Source of the DNA: Epiperipatus broadwayi
Taxonomy: Eukaryota > Animalia > Onychophora
Length of the DNA: 64,000 nucleotides
Reading direction: 5' to 3'
NCBI GenBank assembly: GCA_028023455.1
Contig: JAQFVV010000001.1
Location: 11,470,001-11,534,000 of the forward strand
A program made the translations under genes and the position numbers. This document shows positions 38,420-52,227 of the stretch, in pieces (positions within the stretch are counted from its first letter, which is position 1; every line of letters starts with the position of its first letter). Below the pieces are notes generated by a model that worked only from the letters and a program-made list of their open reading frames with translations, searched no databases and was not told the origin of the DNA.

Positions 38420-40949
38420 ATATGTAGCAGGTATATAGTAATTTGTGCTTCGATATAAATCTAATCTTTCTTGTAAATTAAATAAATCTCCTTTAGTTAA
38501 GTTAAAGTATAAATAATCTACATAGTAATACAGATTAAGGTGGTAATATATATAATATTCATTAAAAATCAGCATTATTACACTTATTATATAATATTGT
38601 ATGTTTATGTTTATACATTCTTGTGCTTTATATATATATATACAATCGATATGCATTAATAAAATTAATTTTACTTAAATTATCTATGAATTACCCACTT
38701 TATTCTTCTAATGAAGCAGTCCAATTCTCACAGATGTGATACATATAGATTAATAGTTAAATGACCATTAATCTATGATTTTATGCAATCCATTTGAGTT
38801 TTGCCCTGAGGATAATAGCAGAATTGGAAAGGCTGAGAATATTTCTTTATAGATTTAGTCAATCTGGATTTACATTATAATATCACTATGTAAATAAAAG
38901 CTGGCTCCAGTGAGAGAATTAAGTAAAAAAAAAACAGGTGATTATTTAGTGGGTTGCCTTTATAGATGGTGATTGAGATTTAGATGGGTATATATGTGAA
39001 TTATCTACTACTATGGCAGATGGTGCAGCATTTTATTTAATACGATACTACTTGGTAGTAAATATGAATGTGGAATTGCACATATAATGCTTACAAAATA
39101 GTCATTCTTATTCTGCTATACAATTGGCACAATTAATGTGTGGCTAAAGAGAGGTAAATAAATGTGCATTGCTAATCCTATATCCTATCTATCATACATA
39201 ATTGGTATTTTGACATGGAATTATTTATGTGTGAATTCAAAAATGTCACTTTTGGATTCTTTAATTCTCATGTTACAACAGCAATAATACCTTTCAAACA
39301 TTGCTTTTACATCTGCTTTATATATATATATATGATAAATATTTTCATGGATAAATTGGTATAAACAAAGAAATGGGTGGGATTATTTCCATATAATGAC
39401 TATAGAAATGTTAGCAGTAATGTTTCCTTTATTACACCACATGAATACCATTTCCTATGCTTACACAAGCTGTTAATACAGTAGCAAATCCACTATAAAG
39501 TGCCATGCAATGCAAGCTTTACTAATAATTGAAAACAAAGTTTGTTCATAAAATCCTTATCTAGTGCATACTCATTCATTATTCCCAAACTAGTTTTTAG
39601 CTAAAAATAAAAACAACATAAATTATTACTGAGATGATGCATTTCCAAACACTACGATGTCTAGTAAGAGTCACAAGTAGAAAATGTGTAGCAAATCAAC
39701 TGATTTTTGATGTGATTCCTTTGAAACAAAATGATAAGAGTCATAAGCATAAAAAGTGACCCATGAATGACTAGAAGAAGACCACATAGCAACAAAAAAA
39801 ATATCTAGCAAATAGACTGTAGAAGTGTCAAGTTTTAAAGAGACTTTTCATGAGAATCCTTTACTTAACATGGATGCTGATACAAATTAAATGAACATTT
39901 TAGAAGATAAAGTTCATATCTCTTGGTACAAACATTGTTTATAGACAAACTCAGGTAAAAAATTTAAATGATGCTGCAACAGTCAAATATTGTTTTGGAC
40001 CATTCTATGTCAAGTAATCCAGTGAAGTAGTTTACCATTTAATAATTTTTTTATAAAACTTTGCACACATTTAATACTACATCAAACTATCACAAATCTA
40101 AAACTATTTTGAAGTTAAGAGCTTTAAATTTCTCCAAAAATGATTATTTTTTCATTCAGAAACTCTTACAAAAATATAATTTTTTTAAAGTTTTGAAAAT
40201 TGATTTCTTAAAAAATCATATTACTATAAGCTATGAATATGATATATATATATATTGAAAGAATGCTAAGCAATAATAAAGTTGAATATTTAACAATCTA
40301 CCTTTTCTGTGTATGTGTTCATTAACAGTTATTTATTACATGAACTCAGAAAAAAATAATTTATAGTTCAATTAAAAGACTTTGGAAATGTCAAGGTAAA
40401 ATAACAAATTAGGATCTGAATGGGATCATACTTTCTCAAATATTTTTGTTTTGATAGTCAGTTTAAAAAGTGAGAGATTAATAATACAATAAATATCAAA
40501 TCATAATTGAAAGAACTTAGGGATTGCTTATATTTACACAAGATATTTAAATAAATCTTTGTTAGGCTATTAAAATTCATTTTTTCATTCAGTAACAAAT
40601 GTGAAAAATCATATATCAATCATAACTCATTTCACTAGTCTGATGCATGTGAAATTTCATAGATGAAAGAGGACTTTAGAGTGCTAAATTGTTAGTTTAA
40701 ATAATATACAAAATAGCAACTGAAGAATTTAATTGTGATCCCTTTCAAATTTCAAAATAAAGATTTAAAATCATTGCACAAAAAATTAAACCTTTTTATA
40801 AGGAATATAGGCATCAATACATAATATAAATTTAAAGATGATTTTTTAATTTCAAATCAATTAAAACAAAACATTTTCTTGACTCTTAGATTTATAATAA
40901 GCTGACAAATGTGCTATTCTTGTTAATTTGAAACCAACCTATAAAGATT

Positions 40950-41350
40950 TTAAGTTTAGGAATTAATATCCAAAAAACTTCAAATTCTTATAAGTCAGTA
41001 AAGGAAAAAAAAATTTCAGAAATGTTTAACTTGGAAGATTATTAACCTAAAAATAAAAATCTTGGTTGCCTTTTAGGAAGAACATCAGATTTGGATATAA
41101 AGCTGCAACACTAACTCCAATATTCTGCTGTTGCATTTAATAAATTAAAATATAGAGTATTTAATCATGCTGAATTAGTTTTGTATATAATAACATTAAA
41201 AGCATTGAAAAATTTTCATTTGAAAATGCTTTATAAGATTCTAAAAATACAATAGCAAGATCAAAAGACCAACTGATTTGTTCTAGTTTATCCACTATTG
41301 ATTGTTTTTATCAAGGGAATATGGCTGAGAATAGACTAAAATGAAAAGGT
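40950..41350 (+). mobile_element. Decayed RTE (BovB-like) LINE fragment
   Basis: Degenerate translation LGINIQKT...LGCLL...AFNKLKYRVF...LKNFH...ILKI matches the layout of the RTE RT C-terminal region. Confidence 0.5.
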
Positions 41351-42960
41351 ATAATTACGAAAGATATTGAAATCTTTTGCATTGCAAGATATCATGTATA
41401 TTAGAAAACTAATTTATAATATAAGCATATTTGTGATTCATATACTGATTTGTATAAACTCAAATTTGATATTTTTTTTTTCTCTTATTTTCAGAAGTTA
41501 TGACTGTTATACTTATTTATGGGCAGCAGTTAATGATGAAGATTGCTATAAATATATGCAATAAATGGACTTAATTATGTAGTATGTAATGTTTAGAACA
41601 TCTATATGTTAGATAGAACATCCATTTATTAAGTCCCCAACTAGGCATTTGACAACACTTTTCATGTTTGACACAGATTTACAATTTAAATTAACTAGTC
41701 TATAATTAATCCAGCTAAAGATCCAATATTGATTAGTAAATGAATACCTAGCTATTCTTAACTAGAGGATTAACTGTTGGCAATAATAGGAACCAAACTA
41801 CTGAAAATAACTGCAGGAAAAAGTAATTAAAGGTTGACTATAGTATACTGGACATGAAGTTTTTTTTATGAATTTTTCAAATGTTAATATTAGACATTAT
41901 ATTGGCATGTTTATAGATATTCATTTAATGATTTTCATTGACTTACAGATATAAACGCTGAAATATACATAAAAATTTCCACATAATAATCTAGATAAAT
42001 TTTTTTAGCTATAATGTAACTAAAGCAAACAATTAATTAAAACTAGTAATGCAAGCTGGAATTATATGATTGCGTAATAATAGTATTAGTCTGAACCATT
42101 TTAATCTACATATTGAAACTGTACATATATATAGTCATATATATATGTGAGCTTCACCATTCACTATGTATTAACTAGAGATCATAAATCCAACCACAAT
42201 GAATGTACATTAAAAGAAATAGTTATAGATATACACACGTATATAACATTAATTATAACCATGAATAAAATTTATTTTTAAAAAAAGGCAATTGTAGAAA
42301 TTATAGAAAAAGTTTGAAATGAATTATTTTACTCGTATAAAAAAAAAATATTGCATCAGCAAATAAAGAAGTTGCTAATGCACAAAATACATTAAACAAT
42401 AATTTAATTTAAGAATCCATTAAAACAAAACTTTAGCTTAAGAATGCGAATTGTTTGTATAACAATACAGACAAAAATATAAGATATTTTGAGAACTAGG
42501 CATTAGTAGACACTAATTAATGTAATTGATGTTAAAGGAAGTTAAAAGGGTATAAATAGAGGTTTTCTTTTGTTAGAGTAGTCGTTATCTTATGTAAGAA
42601 CAAACCAGACCTAATGAAATATTTTTTTATACCAAATATGCTTGAATAAAGATTTTGTCTCCACTCTCCTGTCCGTTCTTGGGCCAGGGTCTTAGAGATG
42701 AAATCCAGCTGAGGAACCCAAAAATATGCCTGACTGATATCTGCTACTTGCTACTGAAAGACCGATCTGAAGGGAACATTGACACAAAATTGGTGACTGC
42801 GCCTTAATGCCTCCACGATGGACTCGTAACTTTTTGCTCAAGGACAAACCCACTCTATCTATATACACACATCTAAGTTACCGGTAATTTTTATATTCAT
42901 AGTTATATCTATACTATAGTATTTAAATATATTTGCCAATTTTGCCTCAGATGTAATTAA

Positions 42961-43841
42961 CCTTTCGATTAAGTGGGAGGTCAGAATTTCAACTTTTGAC
43001 AATTCGTCCCCTGGTGAATTTTTTCATAAGTATTATAAGTTAAAATGCATGTAAAACAATATATTTTACTATAATAAATTTTTGATGAAAAATTCTGTGA
43101 TAGAAGATGGGAAATTCAAAATTCCCACTCTTACAATAGACAGAAGCCCCGCCCTGACATATTCAACCATTGTCTGTTGCCAAGGCTGTAAAACATTCAG
43201 CGTTTTATGACATTGTTTAAAGTAAATAGTTCCGATGACCAAAAACTTGTTTATTTGCGAATTTATTATGGTTTTAGATATTTTTTTTTAAATAATTTAC
43301 ACTATATTTATTAGATATCAAGAAATATAAATTATTAATAACTTATTTTGACTTGAAATACTTTATTTTCAAAAATATAACATTATATTAGCAGCGAATC
43401 TAAGCATGGCCTGAAGCAATTTAAAGCTTAGTTTCGACGTTAGCAATCTATATTTACAAGTATGAAAATATCACAATTTTGTAATAAATATTCAAAAATT
43501 TTAAACTTTTAAAACATAATTCATTAGATATAAGAGAAATAAATAAATATTCATTTGGATGTTTAAAAATAATAAAAATTAAAAAATATTTCATTGGTTT
43601 TATAAACTGAAAATAATCTTTCTAGAAACGAAACTCTTTGTTTTGTTTACGATCTCATTTTTTTTAATATTTACAGAAACAAAATGGGAACATTTAAAAT
43701 TTATTTCAGTAGTAACCAAAAATATCTATCAAATGAAGTCAAATTTATTATTTTCAGATAAGTAATAATCATTTTATCATATATTTTACATTGCTGTGTA
43801 AGACAAAAAAAAACATCAGAAAAGGCAGACCTATGAGAGGG
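42961..43841 (+). mobile_element. piggyBac-like non-autonomous element (MITE), copy 1
   Basis: Flanked by TTAA on both sides (42957-42960 and 43842-43845); termini CCTTTC...GAGAGGG; the 3' LTR of C shows the empty site (tgtaattaaggagg at ~58981). Strand is arbitrary. Confidence 0.85.
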
Positions 43842-43968
43842 TTAAGGAGACTTAGATATGTATAATAGTGATTGCTAATTTTACTTTCTTCATATATGTA
43901 GTTATGTGTCAGCAGATCGTTAGGATACATATTGATCTACATGATTTTTTTTATTTTGTGGAATGTAT

Positions 43969-46900
43969 TGTGAGGGTAGCTTAAGATCGCATCCACAACA
44001 AACCTTAGCCATCTGAAATATTGGATTGTTTTTTAGTTAGAATATAAATATAAAATAAATACCAAGTTTTGCTAGAACACTCTTAATAAAGTATAAATGT
44101 ATAAATACTTATGACAGTGTACTAATTGTATATTAAATAATGGGAATGGTACATTGTTTACCAAAAAAAACATATATTAGTAATAAAATTCTAGTGTTTA
44201 AATATATATATAACCACTGATAAAGTTTGTATAAATGTATATATATATATGTTGACAATTGTATTGTGTTGATTATAATAAATATAGACAATGACTTAAA
44301 CGATGAAAAAACAGTCATAGCAATGAAAAAAAATCAAGTATTGTACTAAATAACTGAATGTAAGGAGATAATAATAATATTAATATATTATTTTTTATTT
44401 TATTTTTTAAAATGAATCGATAATCAAAATATTTTTATAATGCAACAATAAGCACTCACTGCGGTTTAAACAATGGAAATGACACTGGGTATAAAAAAAA
44501 AAACAATTAAAAATCATTCTTTATTATTGTGTGTTTGACATGAAAAGTCAATTTTTATTGAAGCAGTTATTTTAATAACATTTTTCTACAAAATGGACAT
44601 TTTTTGAATCAGTGTCTCAACAAATGTTAATTTTTTATTTATTTATTTTCCATTTAAAAAAGAATTAAGAAAGCAAATAGAAGGTTCTTATACCAGCTAA
44701 ATATTCAGATAAGTGTAAAATAACTTATAAATTTTAAAAAAAGTATTATGATTTTTTTTAAAAGAAATTAGAACGGTTTATTCAGTTAAAGGTTTATATA
44801 GCCAATATTGCAAACAGTAAATAGCTGTATTCTATATATATATATTATTAAATGTGAACCATATATATATATATTGAAACAGTCACGTGTCTATCCTTCT
44901 GTTTTACCTATTATATACTATACCCAAATCCTTGTATGTTATGCTAATATTGTGCTAAAATCATGCTAAATCTAAACCTAAATATACTAGTTGTATATGT
45001 GTATTTAGCATACAGTATAAGCAACATATGCATATGTGTAAAAATCAGTAAATACGCACATATATTTCTAGTAATTAAATAAATAAAAAATGCTTTGTAT
45101 GTGTAACAAAAAACTACATATATGGGGGGAAGAATAATGTTAATAGAATTAAAACATTAGAAATTTCTGTATCTAGAATATTTCTTCTAAAATTAATATT
45201 TGAAATCATTTTATTTCTGCATATATCGCTAAATTATATAATTGAATTACATATATAATAAAATGTTTTCCATCTTCAGATTTGTTTTTCTAAAAAGGAT
45301 GACTTCATAAAATTTAATCCTTCTCGCTGTATTCTGACCTACTTACAAGTTTAAGAGTAAAAATAGATTTTAAAATTAAGTATGAATAATTTATCCTGGT
45401 CAACCGAGGGAAGACCCACCTGTAAAAAAATCAATAACAGTGGGGATTCTGAGATTTTCTAGAATGCAGCAAAGTAATTAGAAAAGCAGATCTAAAATTA
45501 TTAAGACAGGGGACAGGGGAGTAAGCTAGTATACAAGTTTGCTTCAGCCATCTTTGATACACTTCTTGAGCATTCATTCAGTTCAATTCGTCTAAAGTAT
45601 TTTAAAAATTGGTAATGATGATGATCGTGGGCTAGAAATGGCTATTCCCTTGCTTTCTAGACCCCGTGACAGTCTACAAGATGCGGAGAAAGGTCAACTA
45701 GAAGCCGATGCCAGCTAAAAGAACCATCAAGATGAAGCCAACTTGCCAGAGCAGAGAAAAGAAAGTGGTAAAAAGTCTCCATTCATCTAATGTTAACTTT
45801 AATCTAAACTTCATAAATTCCTAAAAGCTAGCTAAATTTATTAATTATGGCCAAAATAAGTAAATGTATTCTAAACTTTAAAGTTAAATGTAAATTTTAT
45901 TTAAATCCCAAATCTTGCCTGATTTATTTATTGATTTACTGATTTCATTTTGAATGATTTATTCTAATTTATTATGATTTATTAAAACTTAGTTTTAACC
46001 TGTTTTAATTGATTGATTCCCAATGATTTATCATAACTAATTTATTACGTATAATTCTAAATGATTTATTTAAATGATAAGTTTCCAAAGTATTTTGCGT
46101 AATTTAGACTGATAATAATATTTGCCTTTGTTAATAATTCTTGTAGATTAGTTAAATCTATATTAAACTGAATCAATCAAGTCTAAGCTAATTTCGTTTC
46201 AATTCCCCTTTTAAAACTAAGCAAACAAAGCCAAATTTCTGATTTCACTTACATGAAATCTTATCTTTAAATTTATGTTTCTTTTAGTTAAATCTATGCC
46301 AAATTATTTTATTTTCAATTATGTATATGTTTATGCTATACTTGTTCAGAATGGAGTTTTCTCATGTACATATATATATAATTTTACATTTATTATTGCA
46401 CAAATAAAACACCCTTCTGAAATGGATAAAATGTCTTATTTAAGATATAATTAAAAGCTTACAGCTACACTAAGATAGATTTGCTTTAAATGTAATATTT
46501 AACTAATATTCAGCTGGAGTGATAAAATACAGCATAAAGCTATAACTTAGTATTGTAATTATCCATAATATGCTGTAATCCTCCCTAGAATTATATAAAT
46601 GCCTATATGGATAGCTTAATAAATTAGATTCATAAGCTTTCCTTAATAGCATAATTATAGATGCTATATAATGAACTGATCTACGGTAGTTTCATGGAAG
46701 GAAACTATTGCTTAGCATCCTATTTTTATTATATAATGATGTCAGTGGGGCGAATGTCCTTAAGAAATGCTTTGGCATATATACTTGTTGCTGTAGCATG
46801 CAAATGGGTGTATGTTTTAAGGGCTACCCCATTCTGCGCTTTTAAAACTGGGGCATGAGAATTCAGCAGATTAAACTAGTTCGATCATCTGACTAAAGGT

Positions 46901-49582
46901 CTCTATTTCACAGCAATGAGTATGGTGTTAATGGAACCGGTACTAGGTACAAACCCCGTGAAAAAGCACACATTCGACACAGAGACTCAGATTGTATATT
47001 TTCTATATGCCTTGGTATCTGAAGTCTGACTGCCAATCATCAGTTCATCCCGCCATAATAATTGTATATTTCAGCTTTGATCCGAATCAGAATCTAATTT
47101 TATAGGCATATAAGCTATATAGAGAATATATTGATTAATATGCGTTTGGTAAAATATTCTTTATAAATGATAATAATCACTTCCGCTAGCTCTAAAGCAA
47201 ATCTAGATACTGTTATATAGCATAAACTAGGCATAGATCGTCACGAGCAAATTAAACTAAATTTATAAAGTAATATTAAGGCTCATGAAATTGTAACTTA
47301 AAACAGTGTAAATCTTCATCATCTGCGAGTGATATACATATACGACAACCAAAGTAAATTAACTAATTTGTAACCAGAATATTAATATCACCTGCGAGTG
47401 ATTTAAAATGCCATATATATATGCAACCAAAACTACCTGTAACTTAGTAAATCATAAATGCTTATATCTCAAATCATCACCTGCATGTGAACCAAAACTT
47501 AAACGTTAATAAATTGTAATTCCTAAAATCATCACCTGCGAGTGAGACAATCCTATAATCATTGCAACTATTATTTTCATTTATTAATTTTATTATTTAA
47601 ATATTTGGCTTTCATTAAATTACTTTAAACTTTAACTTCTGCTTAGTGTTTCAATCAGGCTCATTGTTATTAATCATTGGTCTCATTATTAAGTCATTAT
47701 TGATTAGTTAACTATTGGTTATTAAGAATCACAATCCATATTTAGTAATTATGCTCACGCCTACACCTATATATATATAGCTATACTGTTAAATATGCCA
47801 GTTTCCTAGTCTCATGTTTTACCGATGTGCTACTGCTGGCATGCGATTAAAGAAAATACTGTCGTGACCTCACATCATCCGCAAGGTAATAAATCTTTGA
47901 GCATTGGTAAAGGAACTGAGGCTAGGTTGGAGAAGGGGTCTCAATAACCTCATTTCGATCAGCCTTGGGATGATTTGCTAAAACCCTGGATTTTATTGCT
48001 CGAATGTACAAATTTGTCCGTTACAATATAAACCTGTATATTGCAAAATATGATATATATTTGGCTAGAACGATTGTCTTCAGGTGGAGCATTTATCCAC
48101 TGTGGCCATGTGAAATTAACATCTATCTGTCTACGTTTTAAGTGCCTGATAAGCTGGATCCACACATGATGAAAATCTACGTGAGGAATAAAACAAAATC
48201 ACTCACTGCCAATATAAATATGTTCAGAATGTGCCATTCAAAATCAATAAGGAGTTCTCAACACGTATAATAAAAAATGTATAAATTATAAGAACTGTTT
48301 ATGTAAGGACAACTCTGAGGAAGAATTGTGCCCCATCCTATCAATTCATGAAATATTGTAAATATGTATGTTTTTTTTATTCTTTTGTATAGATATGTCT
48401 TTTTCTTTTTATTTTATTTTATTATCTCAATCTTATATTTCAGAAGTACTAATGGTCTAATTCAACAGTTGTGGAACAGTCCAAAAATTTAGGTAATTTT
48501 TCTGCCAAAATACTTGCTTTTTCATCTATGAATACGAAATTGAGTGCTCAAACAAAACACTTAAACAGTAAGAGTTTTTCTCTTATAAAGTCACAAAATA
48601 ACTAATGCCACAACATGACATGACTACTTATAGTATATATTATATGTTTTATTAATAGTATTCCTAAGATATTTATATGAATAAATGATTAACACTTTTT
48701 AATTAATATTCTTTACTATTTTCTTGCTGTGCTATCATATCATGTATTATTTATGTATTATATTTCTTTCATGATATATAAATATGCAAGGTAATTATTT
48801 TAGATCAACCAACTTCCACATTTAGAACTGGATACTGTATCTGGAGTTGCACTTTAGTTAGCAATCTCACTTTTATCTAATAAATTTTTCATCACTTTTG
48901 GATATATAAATGCTTATATTATGAGTGTCTATCATGGGAAATAAGGGTAAATGATTTTAAATTGTTTAATTAACAAAATGATAGATACTCATCATAGACA
49001 TAAAAGTTATAAGTTCAGAAGAATATATACAAATAATTCTTTGCACTTGTAAATATTTTTTTGGGATTTTGTTTTGTGTACATTGATTAATAATTTATTC
49101 TATGTTTATAATATGTTTCATTTTTGTAAATAAATATTATGAAGTTTTGTTTAATTGACAGTCTCTCTAGTTTTGTTGATCCAGCATTTACATTCAATCC
49201 TATAGCCAATATTTTACACATGCACACACACATTACTGTTTGATAAGCATGAGAGAAAATGTTAAATAAAGGTTATTCCTTACTAATAAATGGGATAAGC
49301 TAATTTATTTATTGATTAACAGTTTGCATATGTACATCCCTCTTAAGAGAGTCGAATGCGAATTCTTCCTGAGTTTGAATATCTGAGGCAACAGTTCCGT
49401 AAAAGAGTGGTGAGATGTTAGATGAACTGATTTACATTACATGTAGATTTGATAGATAATGCTTAGGCTAGTCTATTAAAGATAGATGTAATTATGAGTC
49501 ATGTATTGCATCATGTCATCTCTAGCATCCTACATGAAGACCCTAGGTCTGACAGTAGTTAGATGTGACCTTCTCTTGTTAC
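43969..49582 (+). mobile_element. Solo LTR related to element A's LTR (diverged subfamily), containing solo LTR D
   Basis: Starts TGTGAGGGTAGC like LTR A and is collinear with it on both sides of the D insert; ~200 bp near the 3' end is missing; ends TGTTAC; left flank GTAT, right flank GTCAT (degenerate TSD). Confidence 0.8.
44875..48025. mobile_element. Solo LTR D (~3.15 kb)
   Basis: Termini TGAAAC...CGTTACA, TSD ATAT (44871-44874 and 48026-48029); removing it restores collinearity with LTR A; no coding remnant recognised. Confidence 0.82.
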
Positions 49583-50278
49583 GTCATTCGAGCTTGGGAA
49601 AAATTGGAAAGTGGCTAAATGAGTAAAGATTATTTTATTTCTATTTACCTGTTATAATAAAAATGAGAGTGCTTAATATCATTTAAGAATTATTTGACTT
49701 AGAAAGATATTCTCTTGCAGTGTTGTTTTATCATTAGTTTTTTTTTCAAAAGAGAAAACCAGAATGCGTTATTGTAGATTTAATTGATGCCATGTTTAAT
49801 TTTATAGCCAGAATAAGAAAGGTGTTTCTATTTATAAATATGCGTCTATGTTTTCTTTACATATTTGATTTATGTTGAAAGAGTAACTGCTAGCATTATT
49901 GATATGCATTTTGAGTCAATCTAAGGGTTGTAAATATAAATATATATATATATGTCTACAAGGATGCAGCATAAATAAGCATTCATTATTATTTTATTTG
50001 TAATAGAGGGTACAGTATAAACCGTTTATATAAATAATCTCTGTAATATTCATTAAACCTATTGGCAGAAACTAGCTAAATAATAATTCTCGGTAAGTGC
50101 AGCAGTAATAATAACTGCTGGTATAATACCTGCATAGAAGCATGTTTAATGGCTTGATAAAAATGGGGGATGTATAACTATGTGTAGTGGATCTTCCCAG
50201 TATGATAATATACTCAAACATAGACTTATGCATTAACATTATAAAACTTTAAATTTATGGTCATTTGATCGTGTCTTC

Positions 50279-51501
50279 AATAATGTATTGCTTGGTGGTT
50301 CATTGGTATCTTGACATTTACTTTTTACTCATTTTTTTTATATAACTTCATTAGCTATTCAATCATTTGAAAGGTTGGATTCTGTCAATCAATAGAAATA
50401 AATGGACGTAAGCTATCAAAACTTACATTCCTGAACCAGGGTTAAGCTGAGGCGAACGGGTTCCTTTCTCTAATAATATATTAGAGGCAAAGTTAAGATG
50501 GCGTTATAATGAAGTCGTGGCTAAATAATATATTGCTTGTGGTTCATTGGTATCTTGACATTTACTTTTTGCTCATTTTTTTTTATATAAACTTCATTAG
50601 CTATTCAATCATTTGAAAGGTTGGATTCTGTCAATCAATAGAAATAAATGGACGTAAGCTATCAAAACTTACATTCCTGAACCAGGGTTAAGCTGAGGCG
50701 AATGGGTTCCTTTCTCTAATAATATATTAGAGGCAAAGTTAAGATGGCGTTATAATGAAGTCATGGCTAAATAATATATTGCTTGTGGTTCATTGGTATC
50801 TTGACATTTACTTTTTGCTCATTTTTTTTTATATAAACTTTATTAGCTATTCAATCATTTGAAAGGTTGGATTCTGTCAGTCAATAGAAATAAATGGACG
50901 TAAGCTATCAAAACTTACGTTCCTGAACCAGGGTTAAGCTGAGGCGAACGGGTTCCTTTCTCTAATAATATATTAGAGGCAAAGTTAAGATGGCGTTATA
51001 ATGAAGTCGTGGCTAAATAATGTATTGCTTGTGGTTCATTGGTATCTTGACATTTACTTTTTGCTCATTTTTTTTTATATAAACTTCATTAGCTATTCAA
51101 TCATTTGAAAGGTTGGATTCTGTCAATCAATAGAAATAAATGGACGTAAGCTATCAAAACTTACATTCCTGAACCAGGGTTAAGCTGAGGTGAACGGGTT
51201 CCTTTCTCTAATAATATATTAGAGGCAAAGTTAAGATGGCGTTATAATGAAGTCGTGGCTAAATAATGTATTGCTTGTGGTTCATTGGTATCTTGACATT
51301 TACTTTTTGCTCATTTTTTTAATATAAACTTCATTAGCTATTTAATCATTTGAAAGGTTGGATTCTGTCAATCAATAGAAATAAATGGACGTAAGCTATC
51401 AAAACTTACATTCCTGAACCAGGGTGAAGCTGAGGTGAACGGGTTCCTTTCTCTAATAATATATTAGAGGCAAAGTTAAGATGGTGTTATAATGAAGTCG
51501 T
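50279..51501. repeat. Tandem array of ~5 x 246-bp units
   Basis: Unit starts at 50281, 50526, 50772, 51018 and 51264; copies differ at only a few positions; the last unit is slightly truncated. Confidence 0.96.
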
Positions 51502-52187
51502 ATAATGTTTCGAGACCCACTCTTCAAATATATATAGATTTAATTACTAAGTACCACAATGTTCTATTACTTTATTTTTATTTAGACCTTTCTTAATATG
51601 ATAGATGCATTACTTGTTTAATCTAGAAACATCCGTTGGGGATTTATATATATATATAAAATTAATTTATGAATGAGGCTATGTTCAAATTCAGCCTATG
51701 GTTTATTTAGCTGCTTTAAGCAGGCTAATTTCACCATTTTTGTACTATAGGGCAATCTTATCACTATCTCTCCACTGAATAAAATGATCCAGATAATTGA
51801 TGATGCATATCAGTGTTTTATTATTTGCTTCCATTACACAGATCTGTTGATCTTATATATATGTATATATCTGCAGATACTTTCTTTTGTAAAGAATATA
51901 ATTTAATCATTAATGACAATTTTATATTAATAATAAACTATAATTCATCATTATAATGAAAGTGTAAATATTGTTTATTATTTATATATATAAACCTGAT
52001 CATCACGTCAGGATTTCTTTAGTCTCGTCTCTACCTGACCACTGAGCTACATTAAGAAAATTAACTCATGAGTTCAACGAGTAAGCTGCTTGGATGTGAT
52101 CTGGAATAGATGAGATTCGAAACTCTTCTACCTATATCTCTAGGTCAGATTAAATCAGCTATACTGTTAGTTTTTTTTTGTATAATC

Positions 52188-52205
52188 TGGCCCCCAACAT
52201 GGGGC
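52188..52205 (+). other. Primer binding site of element C (tRNA-Lys-type)
   Basis: TGGCCCCCAACATGGGGC, 16 of 18 matches to TGGCGCCCAACGTGGGGC. Confidence 0.85.
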
Positions 52206-52227
52206 CTTTGTATAACAGCATTTGACA

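Larger units (their letters stand above)
42114..52185 (+). repeat. 5' LTR of element C, interrupted by nested insertions (native parts ~42114-42960, 43842-43968, ~49583-52185)
   Basis: Native parts align in order with the 3' LTR 58121-59481; the end position is inferred from the PBS. Confidence 0.78.

Noticed and set aside
38270-38656. 128-aa minus-strand ORF and similar 60-150-aa ORFs in the track (e.g. 74-331, 3855-4304, 23343-23648, 46661-46858, 53855-54082)
   Set aside because: They are low-complexity AT-rich frames, antisense shadows of TE coding regions or cross LTR boundaries; none has recognisable domain motifs.
50279-51501. Tandem array considered as a CRISPR array or a 5S/tRNA gene cluster
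   Set aside because: Whole 246-bp units repeat with no unique spacers, no cas genes are present, the context is eukaryotic, and there is no recognisable 5S or tRNA sequence.
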